Source: a virus (taxonomy: Duplodnaviria > Caudoviricetes). Taken from it: a DNA stretch of 64,000 bases. Below the pieces are notes generated by a model that was not told the origin of the DNA, ran no database searches, and worked only from the letters and a program-made list of their open reading frames with translations. The stretch is taken from positions 128,001 through 192,000 of the IMG/VR virus record IMGVR_UViG_3300035522_000179, one strand, 5' to 3'. Below are positions 39,506-49,482 of this stretch, piece by piece. A program made the translations under genes and the position numbers. The first letter of the stretch is position 1, and each line of letters starts with the position of its first letter.

Positions 39506-41170
39506 ATGATTAAAACAACAAGACATCATATTGAAATGACTCAACTTGATTCCAAAGGGAATCAATATATCTTATATCCAAAAAATACATTAGATGATGT
39601 AAAAATGACTTCGAAGAGTGGGGAATCCATTCGCGGGAAAATTATATTTTATGGGGTATGTGATACAAGTGCTACTGAGAAAGGAAAGGTAGTAGATGGA
39701 GTTGAAGGATTTACTTTAACTTCCGGTCAGCATATCACCGTAGCATTCACTAATGAGATCTCAGTAGATGGGGTTAGTCTGAATGTGAACTCTCTGGGAG
39801 CAAAGCCGTTGTATCGAAATGGTGCTCCTTTGGAAGCAAATATCATTCCTGCTGGTACTAATGTGGAATTAGTATATGATGGTGAGAATTTCAATATCGT
39901 TGGTGGAACTAGCATTGATGCATCCGATATAAAAACTGGTATTTTAAGCAGTGATAGATTAGAAACAAGCGGGGTTACGGCTGGAACTTATGGTCCTAAT
40001 AAAAATTCATCACTTTACTCGAGAGCAACGTTTTTAGTTCCAAAAATAACAGTAGATGAATATGGGAGAATTGTATCATCAGAAAATATTAAGTTCACGT
40101 TTCCTCCTATAACAGATAGCAATGTGTCAACAGAAACTGAATCGACCGAAATTTTCTATATTGCTGGAACTACTGATAAAGAAGGGGAGACTGGAACTCT
40201 TAAAATTCATCCAGATATTTATATAGATTCAAAATGGAGTTTGTTGACTGCTAAAAATATGTATGTAAGAAATACACTTGAATTCGGGTTAGATGGAAGC
40301 GATAATGATGATTATATGGAAGGGTCTATTTCTGCATCGCAATATACTGGTAATGCAAACACATCATCTAGAACTGGAAGCATAACTGATCATATCGTCG
40401 ACAGTTGTGATTTCGATGATGCGTATGGAAGATCAGAAAAAGCTCTATCAGCTAATCAAGGGTATTACCTGCTTAATAAATTAGATACAACATTTTCTAA
40501 TCTGGATGATCGAATCGATACTGTAAAGGATACCGTGTCGGATTTGGAATCCAACTATGGGAATTTAGATACATCTGTCAATGAAATAAGTGATGGTTTA
40601 TATAAATCTGAGGAACTGATACCAAATCTTATCAGTATAGCAGGAATATACCCCAAAGCATATTTATCAGAAAACTCATCATATACTGATTATAAGCACG
40701 TATATAACAATTTATTTGGGCTATCTCATCTGATGATGTATGATTACCCAGAATATTTTAATCTTGAAACCTATAGTGGACTTGTTATTGGAGAAAAAGG
40801 ATCATCAATATCAATTACCCTTCCTATAGATTATGATGAAGATACTGAATATATTTCGTCTATCAGGAAATCATCAGATACTAATACCTCTTATTCACCA
40901 TTTACTAACAAACTCGTGCACATTATCGAGAGTGGTAATGCAAAATTCGCATCTTATATAAATACAGAAAAATCTGGACTTTACCAAGATGATATAGTTA
41001 ACTCAATAAATTCTGATCTGGAGGATAACCAGATCACCTTTGACATAGAATTAAAAGAAAATAGTGGAATCGCACTAGGATATTTCTGTTACTATATATA
41101 TAGACAAAACAGTAATGTTTATCCTTATCCTCTAATGGTAAATCAATGGTTTGTAATTCTTTCAGTATAA
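39506..41170 (+). CDS. tail fibre / receptor-binding-like protein, paralogue A
   Basis: YPKNT..DV N-terminus, LNVNSLGAKPL...VYDG, GVTAGTY..ITVD.YGR, ALSANQG repeats typical of phage fibres. Confidence 0.75.
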   Translation: MIKTTRHHIEMTQLDSKGNQYILYPKNTLDDVKMTSKSGESIRGKIIFYGVCDTSATEKGKVVDGVEGFTLTSGQHITVAFTNEISVDGVSLNVNSLGAKPLYRNGAPLEANIIPAGTNVELVYDGENFNIVGGTSIDASDIKTGILSSDRLETSGVTAGTYGPNKNSSLYSRATFLVPKITVDEYGRIVSSENIKFTFPPITDSNVSTETESTEIFYIAGTTDKEGETGTLKIHPDIYIDSKWSLLTAKNMYVRNTLEFGLDGSDNDDYMEGSISASQYTGNANTSSRTGSITDHIVDSCDFDDAYGRSEKALSANQGYYLLNKLDTTFSNLDDRIDTVKDTVSDLESNYGNLDTSVNEISDGLYKSEELIPNLISIAGIYPKAYLSENSSYTDYKHVYNNLFGLSHLMMYDYPEYFNLETYSGLVIGEKGSSISITLPIDYDEDTEYISSIRKSSDTNTSYSPFTNKLVHIIESGNAKFASYINTEKSGLYQDDIVNSINSDLEDNQITFDIELKENSGIALGYFCYYIYRQNSNVYPYPLMVNQWFVILSV

Positions 41171-41211
41171 AATCTGTATTATATTAAAAAATCAAGGAGG
41201 TCTTTAAAAAT

Positions 41212-43092
41212 ATGAGTACGACAAGACATCATATTGAAATGGATCATTACGATTCCGATGGGAATCGATATATTTTATTTCCAAAGAATACTTTGGACGA
41301 CGTCGTCATGACGATGAAGAGTGACGAAACCCTTCGGGGAAAGATTATCTTCTACGGTGTTTGTTCTACCCCTGCAAGCACGGTTGATAAAACCGTGATT
41401 GCAACAGGGTTCACGTTAACAAACGGACAACATATCACCGTAGCATTTACCAATGAAATTTCTGTAGCGAGTGCTACATTGAATGTGAACTCCTTGGGTG
41501 CAAAACCGTTGTATCGAAACGGAGCTCCTTTGGAAGCAAATATCATTCCTGCTGGTGCCAGAGTAGAGATGGTATATGATGGAACCAATTTTAATGTGAT
41601 CAGTGGTGCTAGTAACACCATCACTTCGAAATTGACGAATAAGAAAATTTATTTGACTGGTACAACCTCAGATGAAACATCTGTAAGGAAAAATGAGTAC
41701 TATGATACCGGTGTATATATTACAGCAGAATCTGGAACTCTCCATGCAGAATCCTTTGAAGGAAAAGTGAATGCTGATAATATCACGGATGGAACTTTAG
41801 ATCCCGAAAGATTGGGATTAAGTGGAGTGACAAGTGGAACTTATGGCACTCCTAGTGATCAGGATATCGATCTGGGAACTGGCGGTTTCTTTATGGTTCC
41901 GAATCTCACAATTGATAGTCATGGAAGAGTAACTTCTGCTAGCGAAGCACAGGTGTATTTTCCCGCTGCACCGAATGATAAAGTAAAAACAGAATTATGG
42001 GAAAACGATGGAATTATTAAATTGGTAGGAACCATCGATGGCGGGACAGGATCTCTTTTGTACTATCCCGGTATATACATTGAATCACAATATGGACAAT
42101 TGTGTTCTCGTAAGATATATACAAAAAATATAGAATTTGAAATAGATTATGGCGACAATGATTATGCTTATATTGATGGAATAGATTACAGTGGAACTGC
42201 AGCAAAATCAAAAACAACTAATAGCATAACAACTCACATTGTCGATAGTACAGATGAAGATACTAAAGGAGAAACATCCAAAGCTTTGTCAGCAAATCAG
42301 GGATATTTACTAGATAAAAGAATTACTAATGTATCTGAATGGATACAAAATAATTCTTCATGTATTTCGACATATGGTACTAAAATCAAAACACTTGAAG
42401 AGTCTGTAACTGACCTGGAATCAGAATATGGTGATTTGCAAAATGACTTCGACGAGTTTAAAGAGTCTTTTCAAAATGGCTGCTTTGATGGTATAGCTTC
42501 CGCTCTTGCAGCCTTAGTAGATTATACCGGAAGCAGTGACTCTAACTATTTTTTAACTGATAATACAAAAGAGTATTATTGGAAAAAAGTTGCATCGGCA
42601 ACATTATTACCAAATTGGAGTAACCTATTAAAATTCATGGCAATGAATAGATCAGAATTTGCAGGAACCGATCCTAGTGTATCAGGGATACAACCTGTTT
42701 ATTTTTGTAGACCGGGGGAGTTATTAAAAATAAAAGCATACTTTTCATTTTCAAATACATCAGATACTATTGAAATAACTACTCGTAATGACGATACATA
42801 TTACTTAGATGGAGAATATATATCACTATTATCTAATTATGGATTTAGTAATGATGATATTGTTTACAACGTTAGCCACTCAACATCATCTGGTAACTAT
42901 TGTTGGTATATGGATATGACTATAAGTATATATGACAATGAAACGACAGACGACAGTGGATCCCTTATTTCCAAAGGGCATTCTACTGAGGGAATATCTA
43001 TATTCCAAATAAGCTTCAAGCATCGATCTAGTAGTTCAGTTATCTTTATTAGGGGTAATTTCCTTTTTGCGGTAGTGTCGTCCTCGTATTAA
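41212..43092 (+). CDS. tail fibre / receptor-binding-like protein, paralogue B
   Basis: Same motifs as paralogue A, unrelated C-terminal domain. Confidence 0.75.
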   Translation: MSTTRHHIEMDHYDSDGNRYILFPKNTLDDVVMTMKSDETLRGKIIFYGVCSTPASTVDKTVIATGFTLTNGQHITVAFTNEISVASATLNVNSLGAKPLYRNGAPLEANIIPAGARVEMVYDGTNFNVISGASNTITSKLTNKKIYLTGTTSDETSVRKNEYYDTGVYITAESGTLHAESFEGKVNADNITDGTLDPERLGLSGVTSGTYGTPSDQDIDLGTGGFFMVPNLTIDSHGRVTSASEAQVYFPAAPNDKVKTELWENDGIIKLVGTIDGGTGSLLYYPGIYIESQYGQLCSRKIYTKNIEFEIDYGDNDYAYIDGIDYSGTAAKSKTTNSITTHIVDSTDEDTKGETSKALSANQGYLLDKRITNVSEWIQNNSSCISTYGTKIKTLEESVTDLESEYGDLQNDFDEFKESFQNGCFDGIASALAALVDYTGSSDSNYFLTDNTKEYYWKKVASATLLPNWSNLLKFMAMNRSEFAGTDPSVSGIQPVYFCRPGELLKIKAYFSFSNTSDTIEITTRNDDTYYLDGEYISLLSNYGFSNDDIVYNVSHSTSSGNYCWYMDMTISIYDNETTDDSGSLISKGHSTEGISIFQISFKHRSSSSVIFIRGNFLFAVVSSSY

Positions 43093-43132
43093 TTTATTAG
43101 TCACACATTTAATATGTGAGCATAAATGATTA

Positions 43133-43174
43133 AATAAATGATACTAACAATTTTGATTGTTAGTATCATTTATT
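43133..43174. terminator. bidirectional terminator
   Basis: AATAAATGATACTAACAAT / ATTGTTAGTATCATTTATT. Confidence 0.8.
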
Positions 43175-43178
43175 CTTT

Positions 43179-45299
43179 TTAAAATGAAATCATATTTGTG
43201 AAGTTTTCGGTTTCTCTGTTTACTCCATTCTTTGAGTATCCAGTAACCACACAATTTAATTTCAGCAAATCTGTTACGGATTTAAACGGTCCCATAATGT
43301 TTCCAATCACACTTCCGTAATCAATATAAGGTTTTACCCAATCAGGGATTTGTCCATTTGCAGGAAGTGCTAACACTTGTAATCCTTTGGATTTTACATT
43401 TACTTTTCCGTCTTTTATTTTTTGTGTCACGAAGATTCCACTCTTATCTTCAAACACTTCTTTTTTCAAAACTCGATAAATCTCAGGGTGAGTTCTTTTT
43501 AACGGTTCAATATCTTCTTCTTTAAATAACGTCAGTTTTAACATCTTTACTTTTGCTGGTAAATCAATCTTACTATCTGGATTTAAAGAGTTCCATGCAA
43601 TCACTCCTCGTACGGATTGTTCACTGCCAGGGTCTGCATAAGCACTTAACTCTTTTGCATTTGCAATCGGTAAGTAAGTCAAATTTCCAGCTTCAATATC
43701 AGCTCGGATTTTATTCTCCAGTTTCCGTAATTCTTCTCGCAATCCTTTTACATCAATGGTGTCTGCTTTTAGCAAATAATCTTCGGATAATTTCGTAAAG
43801 ATTTTCTCACACACATCCGACGTAGAGGCTTTCTTAAAGTCAAATCCTTTGATATCGGTTTTCGGAGGATTTAACAAATTTCCTTCTCTTAATTTAAACA
43901 ACGACATATATCGTTTCTTTACTTCAGATACCACCAGTCTTCTCATAAAGAACTCATTCTTCATATTGTATCTAGGGCGAAACTCTTCTGGAATATTCGA
44001 GCATTTCCCATAATAAAGTAACGTATCTGTAATCAGAGTTGTGAGAGCGTAGGTGATGGTATTGATGATAATAAACTCTTTGTTTTCTTGGTCTTTATCC
44101 GAATCGGTTATAACTTCATTTAAGATAAAGGACACCCATCCATCTAATACCAAGATATTACTATCGGTATCAATAACCATAACGGTTTTTCTTCCGAAAT
44201 TTTTCAGTCGATAAATTCTATCAAATACCAAATATCTGGTATAAACATATTTCATGTAATATCCAGTCAACTCCTCAATCTCTTCTTTTACCGATTCTGG
44301 AATATTATTCGGATCCATGAATGCTTCGTTACAAGCAAATGCATTGTACTCATTTGCTGTACTAAACGTTCCTCTAAATTTCTTAGGGATTTGGTCTTCC
44401 CAGTTCTCATCATGTTCCACTGTATCTTTTGATAATACTGGGTAAACATTGATATTTTTCATAATTGTCCTATGAAGAGATTGAATGATATTATGATCTC
44501 TTGTAAACTCTTCTAGTCTATTTCTATAATAAATTCTCGTAAGTTCATTCTGACTTAAATGAGAAACATATTCTCTTAAAGGTTCTTCGTAAGAGTCTTT
44601 CCACTCTACAAACATTCCTCGTAACTTTTCATATACTTCATTGGTATCATGAGGCACTACCCAAAAATCCGTTTCCGGGTCTTCCTCTATTTGTTCTCTT
44701 ACGATTTTCAACCAATTCATACATTCATTCAAATCGTAAAACAAAAAGTTGTCACAGATAAATCCTTCAAACGTGGAATAACATGTTGAAATAACAGATT
44801 GAGCAGAACTTGTTGTAGCAGGTCCGCTCCATTTCGAAAAGAATGCAGAAGCCGGCATACCAGAAGCACCATAGTATGAGTTGGCGTTGACTTTCTGAAT
44901 TTGCTGTTTCAAGTCCAAATCCTTGTATTTATCTGACGTCTTATCTTCTACTTTAAACATCTCTTTCTTAAATGCTTTTCTTTTCTTTAACATACCATCC
45001 AACATATTCGCAATAGGATTTTCTCCATCATATTGATTCTTATAAAACGTTCCATTTCCAGCAATCAATGCTTCATCATGTCCTAATGACCAATCAAATA
45101 TGGTAAGTAATTTTGAAGCTTCTGTGGAATGGATAAAGTTGTTATCAATTACAACATCTGGATTAGAGAAGTTTTTCTTCATTTCATTATAAACGATTTC
45201 TTCCACGTCTTCTCTGTTCCATTCTGGGTTCATTTGAAGAAGTGCATTTACTGCATCTTCTTTATAATTATCTAAAAACGCACTATTTACTTTTTTCAT
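43179..45299 (-). CDS. split family B DNA polymerase, C-terminal subunit
   Basis: Motif B QQIQKVNANSYYG, motif C IDTDS, KKRY, IKGFDFKK; start MKKVNS downstream of the promoter. Confidence 0.92.
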   Translation of the reverse strand: MKKVNSAFLDNYKEDAVNALLQMNPEWNREDVEEIVYNEMKKNFSNPDVVIDNNFIHSTEASKLLTIFDWSLGHDEALIAGNGTFYKNQYDGENPIANMLDGMLKKRKAFKKEMFKVEDKTSDKYKDLDLKQQIQKVNANSYYGASGMPASAFFSKWSGPATTSSAQSVISTCYSTFEGFICDNFLFYDLNECMNWLKIVREQIEEDPETDFWVVPHDTNEVYEKLRGMFVEWKDSYEEPLREYVSHLSQNELTRIYYRNRLEEFTRDHNIIQSLHRTIMKNINVYPVLSKDTVEHDENWEDQIPKKFRGTFSTANEYNAFACNEAFMDPNNIPESVKEEIEELTGYYMKYVYTRYLVFDRIYRLKNFGRKTVMVIDTDSNILVLDGWVSFILNEVITDSDKDQENKEFIIINTITYALTTLITDTLLYYGKCSNIPEEFRPRYNMKNEFFMRRLVVSEVKKRYMSLFKLREGNLLNPPKTDIKGFDFKKASTSDVCEKIFTKLSEDYLLKADTIDVKGLREELRKLENKIRADIEAGNLTYLPIANAKELSAYADPGSEQSVRGVIAWNSLNPDSKIDLPAKVKMLKLTLFKEEDIEPLKRTHPEIYRVLKKEVFEDKSGIFVTQKIKDGKVNVKSKGLQVLALPANGQIPDWVKPYIDYGSVIGNIMGPFKSVTDLLKLNCVVTGYSKNGVNRETENFTNMISF

Positions 45300-45341
45300 A
45301 TTCTCATCTTCCTTTTTATTTGAATTTGGTATTTTCAATAT

Positions 45342-45353
45342 TAGGAAAATGTC
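45342..45353 (-). promoter_or_regulatory. putative nvRNAP promoter GACA-TTTTCC-TA
   Basis: Exact motif. Confidence 0.65.
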
Positions 45354-45387
45354 AAAAAAGATATAAAAAAGAAAGATTCGTAATTTT

Positions 45388-45600
45388 TTATACAAATCTT
45401 TCTATGGTCACTCCGCTCCTTTCATCTGGATCAATATCCTTTATGATTATCTTATCCGAAGAATTTTTTATCTTTCGGTTCTTCTTTTTCTTATACACGT
45501 CTTGATATTTTACAAGAGGTGGTTTACAATCACGTTTCTCGAATGCCTCCTGATGTTTTACAGGATCTTCCCGATCTTTTTCAGGAATTGCATCATTCAT
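45388..45600 (-). CDS. hypothetical protein
   Basis: 70 aa; coupled by a TAATG overlap. Confidence 0.55.
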   Translation of the reverse strand: MNDAIPEKDREDPVKHQEAFEKRDCKPPLVKYQDVYKKKKNRKIKNSSDKIIIKDIDPDERSGVTIERFV

Positions 45601-45899
45601 TATTTCAGCATGTTATGTGATAACAAAGTTTTCTGCATGGGAATCATTGCATCATTGATTTTCATCACGTTGCTATCCAGTGTCGCAATGTTCGTATTGA
45701 TGTCCGTGATCATGCTCTCACATTTCGACACATGCATTCTCAGTTCATCAATCTCCTGTTGCATCTTCTTATTCTTATTCGTTGTGGCTGCAAATGTCAC
45801 CGCCGACATGGTTATTCCAACTACTCCACAAGCTACCCCAGCCCCTGCAGCGATCATAAGATTTCTTTCTCTTCTTTTTCTTTTCTTCGACATAAACAT
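45600..45899 (-). CDS. small membrane-anchored coiled-coil protein
   Basis: TM segment IAAGAGVACGVVG; start after the early motif at 45949. Confidence 0.6.
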   Translation of the reverse strand: MFMSKKRKRRERNLMIAAGAGVACGVVGITMSAVTFAATTNKNKKMQQEIDELRMHVSKCESMITDINTNIATLDSNVMKINDAMIPMQKTLLSHNMLK

Positions 45900-45948
45900 A
45901 GCAAATTTTCCTTTCTTTTTACTGTTGTTTTCTAGTATTTTCAAATAA

Positions 45949-45956
45949 ATAATATA
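45949..45956 (-). promoter_or_regulatory. putative early promoter TATATTAT
   Basis: Exact motif. Confidence 0.6.
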
Positions 45957-45965
45957 TCATTTAAA

Positions 45966-46009
45966 AACGAGGAATTTTTCCATATTTGCGTATGGAAAAA
46001 TTCCTCGTT
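45966..46009 (-). terminator. long hairpin terminator
   Basis: AACGAGGAATTTTTCCATA / TATGGAAAAATTCCTCGTT. Confidence 0.75.
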
Positions 46010-46023
46010 ATGTTGTTAGAAAG

Positions 46024-46446
46024 TTAGGTCAAGTTCAGTAAATAACTGACAAGAATATACATTCCACCCGTTACCAAAACCTGAGCCATATGGGCAAATT
46101 GATCTTCGCATAAATTGATGGAGTGTTTATTTGCTTTCTCATTATCAACGATTGCATGAATAACCGAATTTAACAAGGTAGTCGTCAAAAAGAGTTGCCA
46201 CATTGTGCCAAAGATTCGTTCGCTGAGCATCTGGTACAGATAAATTGCTACCGGGATGTGTATGAAGATTGACCAGTAAAGGGAGTGCTCGATTAAAGCA
46301 CAAAGATAATCTTTATTATACATCTCGTCTGAACAATTCTCCTTCCACCATTCTTTCTGTTTTGCAGATGCCAACCAACCTTGTAGATTGTAGTCAGCAA
46401 TCAAATGAAATAAGATCATTCCCAAAATCATCAGTAACTGTTTCAT
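46024..46446 (-). CDS. DUF3307 family membrane protein
   Basis: HLIADYNLQ, H..IVD..K, DQFAH. Confidence 0.75.
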   Translation of the reverse strand: MKQLLMILGMILFHLIADYNLQGWLASAKQKEWWKENCSDEMYNKDYLCALIEHSLYWSIFIHIPVAIYLYQMLSERIFGTMWQLFLTTTLLNSVIHAIVDNEKANKHSINLCEDQFAHMAQVLVTGGMYILVSYLLNLT

Positions 46447-46476
46447 CGTTTCGTTCCTTTCTCGGTATTAATCATT

Positions 46477-46695
46477 CTAGAAGTTATACAAAAACGGACG
46501 AGTGCATTCATCAATCCTAGCTTTCAAATCGTCCACCGTTGCAGAATCTGGTAATCTTTCATAATTGTAAGGGCGGACCAACGTATGCAGTTGACCCTCT
46601 CTTGGTTTAATATCAACTCTAAGCCCTTCAATTTCTTTCACCTGTTTCATGAGCTCTTCAAGCGTAACCAGATCCGGACTTTCTTTCTTCTCCAT
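46477..46695 (-). CDS. hypothetical protein
   Basis: 72 aa, RBS AAGGAG. Confidence 0.6.
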   Translation of the reverse strand: MEKKESPDLVTLEELMKQVKEIEGLRVDIKPREGQLHTLVRPYNYERLPDSATVDDLKARIDECTRPFLYNF

Positions 46696-46731
46696 TATTC
46701 CGTCTCCTTTCGCTTTTATCGAATTCCATTG

Positions 46732-47040
46732 CTATAACGATTTTCCAAATTCTATCGCTATAACTTGGTCTTCGTACGGCTCAATGGATCGGTATTGCAT
46801 AATTGATATATCTCTAGGAGACTTTTTGATATATTCCTCTAACAATGCTTTCGCATCAACTTCCGATTCTGCTAAAACAAATGCAGTTGCAAACCGAGTC
46901 TTCACTTCATCCCGGACCTGGACTTTTTCATCATTATCTGCATATCGGAAATCGACTTCAAACATCCGTTTTTCTTTCTTCTTGTCAGGTCCTTTCTTTT
47001 CAAAGAACTTGTTCCAAGGCTCAAGTGTTAATTCTTTCAT
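46732..47040 (-). CDS. early paralogue family A, copy 1
   Basis: MKELTLEPWNKFFEKKG...FEV.F.Y...AFV.A.SE.D.K. Confidence 0.65.
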   Translation of the reverse strand: MKELTLEPWNKFFEKKGPDKKKEKRMFEVDFRYADNDEKVQVRDEVKTRFATAFVLAESEVDAKALLEEYIKKSPRDISIMQYRSIEPYEDQVIAIEFGKSL

Positions 47041-47366
47041 ACTGATTATTCCACCCTTCTTTTTATTTTTTATAAGCACAAGATTTAGATCAAAGACCAC
47101 ACACGAAGACAACAGGCTCATTATATGGTATAATACTTTTATATAATGTGATCCTCTTCCTAGGAAAGCGCTGTCGGAAGATATTCTCTAACACAGTTTT
47201 CACGTCCTCTTCTGATTGTGCAAAAACAAATGCGTCAACAACCGTGCTTTCAAGATATTGACCGTTTCCAGTGTCCTGATCTAAATCAGTGTACGTGAAA
47301 ATAACTTCAAACGTATGATTTTCTTTCTTTTTTGCATGTCCTTTCTTTTCAAAGAACTTGTTCCAA
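46989..47366. repeat. 29-bp exact direct repeat (46989-47017, 47338-47366)
   Basis: gtcctttcttttcaaagaacttgttccaa. Confidence 0.85.
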
Positions 47367-47389
47367 AGTTTAAGTGCTGATTCGTTCAT
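47090..47389 (-). CDS. early paralogue family A, copy 2
   Basis: MNESALKLWNKFFEKKG...FEV.F.Y...AFV.A.SE.D.K. Confidence 0.65.
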   Translation of the reverse strand: MNESALKLWNKFFEKKGHAKKKENHTFEVIFTYTDLDQDTGNGQYLESTVVDAFVFAQSEEDVKTVLENIFRQRFPRKRITLYKSIIPYNEPVVFVCGL

Positions 47390-47413
47390 ACGGATTGTTA
47401 CACCCTTTCATTT

Positions 47414-47896
47414 TTATAAGTAATCAACATACTCTTCGTATTCATATTGAATCACGTCTTCTCTTTCGTATTTATAGGGATGATAATTAGACGCCACAGT
47501 GGTTCCATCTGGCATTAAATAACAAAGGTCAATATTCACTTCTAATGTGTCCTTGACCTTTCGCAGTCCCTCTGCAATATCGTACGCCTGATTATAATCC
47601 GTGTAAGTATTCTGATAAGAAAAGGGAGCCATTACCCCATGGACATCCATTTGAGTATTTACCGACATAACATAAAATTCAATGGGGGTTACTCTGTTTA
47701 AATGCTTTTCTGATGCAATCACATTGCGAACGTTAATGCAAGGGATTTCGGCTAAAATAGCATTCTCGATTACCTTCTCGACTGATCCATCTTGTAACAA
47801 CCACTCTTTAATATCCAGACCATCAGACGTTCCTTCATCAAGATAAATACTCAGCTCCATTGTTACCTTATGTATTGTTTTGGACATTTTTTTCAT
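47414..47896 (-). CDS. early paralogue family B, copy 1
   Basis: Shares the C-terminal pattern V.S...G.......Y.D...A...A..L.K. Confidence 0.6.
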   Translation of the reverse strand: MKKMSKTIHKVTMELSIYLDEGTSDGLDIKEWLLQDGSVEKVIENAILAEIPCINVRNVIASEKHLNRVTPIEFYVMSVNTQMDVHGVMAPFSYQNTYTDYNQAYDIAEGLRKVKDTLEVNIDLCYLMPDGTTVASNYHPYKYEREDVIQYEYEEYVDYL

Positions 47897-47916
47897 CCTC
47901 TCTTTCTTTCTGATAT

Positions 47917-48342
47917 TTATACGAAAGCAAGTCCATCCCTTACATAGGAATACAAATTCTCCTCACAAATAAGTTTTCCGTTAGAATTATAGATGTAGTT
48001 ATCTACGCTAATAAATAAGATTACATCACTCTTCTCAAGTTCCTGTGCATCTCGCAATGCTAAATCCTTATCATGGTAAGTTGTCTTTTTGTCAAAGATT
48101 TCATTCTTCCCATTAATAGTCCGGATACTTTTAACTTGTAATACATATCTACTCTTAATGGATACTCCTGCTTTTCCATTTTTATTGGAAGACTTGAGTT
48201 TTTTCGTTTCGATATGCTGTATACCTGCAGATTCCAAAACACGACAAACCGCACTATGTATTCCCATCGTGAAATCAAACACTCCAATCATGTTATCCTT
48301 TACATCAAAAGATACCTCATATTTTACTTTTTTCATTTTCAT
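47917..48342 (-). CDS. early paralogue family B, copy 2
   Basis: MKKVKYEVSF; LQVKSIRTINGK...YHDKDLALRDAQELEKSD. Confidence 0.65.
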   Translation of the reverse strand: MKMKKVKYEVSFDVKDNMIGVFDFTMGIHSAVCRVLESAGIQHIETKKLKSSNKNGKAGVSIKSRYVLQVKSIRTINGKNEIFDKKTTYHDKDLALRDAQELEKSDVILFISVDNYIYNSNGKLICEENLYSYVRDGLAFV

Positions 48343-48775
48343 TCATCCTCTCTTTCTTCATTCCTTATTTCTTTTATTATATAAGAAAACACATCCTATA
48401 CTGGAATACGTAGATCTATACTCAGTAATACTCACCCGTGAGGTCGCATCTTTCTTTACAAATTGTCCAGCCCTTTCCAATGCTAAAGGTAAGTCATAAA
48501 AAGTTTCTTTATGTTTAGATACCTCATTATTTATACCATCGATGTTTTTAACACTTGTGACTTCCATTATCCACTCTGTAGAGTCTTCTGTGTGTTGATC
48601 TTCACCGGAATCGACAGGAATATGTTTTATATCAATCTCTTTCGCATTCAATTTATCCATGAAACACAAAATTCTATCACCAATCTCTTGGTGAGTGCGA
48701 TGATACTCGGAAGTACGTTCTTCTTCCGAATAAACGTCCATCACAAAAGATACCTCATATTTTACTTTTTTCATT
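48306..48775. repeat. 32-bp exact direct repeat (48306-48337, 48744-48775)
   Basis: caaaagatacctcatattttacttttttcatt, encoding MKKVKYEVSF on the minus strand. Confidence 0.85.
48358..48774 (-). CDS. early paralogue family B, copy 3
   Basis: MKKVKYEVSF; MEVTSVKNIDG...ETFYDLPLALERA. Confidence 0.65.
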   Translation of the reverse strand: MKKVKYEVSFVMDVYSEEERTSEYHRTHQEIGDRILCFMDKLNAKEIDIKHIPVDSGEDQHTEDSTEWIMEVTSVKNIDGINNEVSKHKETFYDLPLALERAGQFVKKDATSRVSITEYRSTYSSIGCVFLYNKRNKE

Positions 48776-49229
48776 CGTCACCATCCTCCTCCAATCCATG
48801 TTTTTTATATAAGAAAACGATCCCACCATCCGTGGTGACAGGAATTTCTGTTTTATTCTCTGAAAAGAATCCCTGATAAAAATAAGTGTGGACAGTAAGT
48901 TCTACCATTAAGGTAGTATCACTTTTTGAATAATCCTCCGCAGTTTTCAACGCTATATCACGACTAAAGAAAATGGTTTCTCTTTGGAATACTTCTCTTT
49001 TTCCATTGATATTCAAAAAACTCCTAACAGTTAATTTCCAAAAATCCTCATGGAGTTTCTCTTTAATATTAAAATTCTCAGGTTTCATACTTTTCACTTC
49101 GATGTTCTTGACACCATTAAATCTCGAAATAGGATAAAGGGCATCCAATATCTTACGTCCAAACACGATTTCAAAACGGTCTGCCTCAGAATCATCGGTA
49201 TCAATAGCCACTTCATATGTTAATTTCAT
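48771..49229 (-). CDS. early paralogue family B, copy 4
   Basis: MKLTYEVAI; LTVRSFLNINGK...ETIFFSRDIALKTAEDYSKSD; VFLYKK. Confidence 0.65.
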   Translation of the reverse strand: MKLTYEVAIDTDDSEADRFEIVFGRKILDALYPISRFNGVKNIEVKSMKPENFNIKEKLHEDFWKLTVRSFLNINGKREVFQRETIFFSRDIALKTAEDYSKSDTTLMVELTVHTYFYQGFFSENKTEIPVTTDGGIVFLYKKHGLEEDGDE

Positions 49230-49482
49230 TCACTTTTCCTTTCCATCTGTAAATTTCAACAGATCCATTTACTGTTTCCGCAAGAAGAACAAAATCCCCT
49301 GTTCCATATTCCATCCCAGTGTAGGTCATGAAGATATCATCATTGAGAAACTTCTTCAATTTCCTTGAAAATAAGATATGTTTTCTATCGCAATTTCTTA
49401 CCACTGCATAAGAAAACAAACCTGTTTTTTCTACATGGGAAATACTTTCTTTTCCAAATATCGTTATATCTTCTCTCCGCAT
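49213..49482 (-). CDS. hypothetical protein
   Basis: 89 aa, RBS AAGGAG. Confidence 0.6.
   Translation of the reverse strand: MRREDITIFGKESISHVEKTGLFSYAVVRNCDRKHILFSRKLKKFLNDDIFMTYTGMEYGTGDFVLLAETVNGSVEIYRWKGKVNEINI

Noticed and set aside
39506-43092. Diversity-generating retroelement acting on the fibre genes
   Set aside because: No reverse transcriptase in the window; the similarity is at the 5' end and differences are not adenine-specific
1509-45299. Split-intein trans-splicing of the two DNA polymerase halves
   Set aside because: No intein N- or C-terminal motifs at the ends of either ORF
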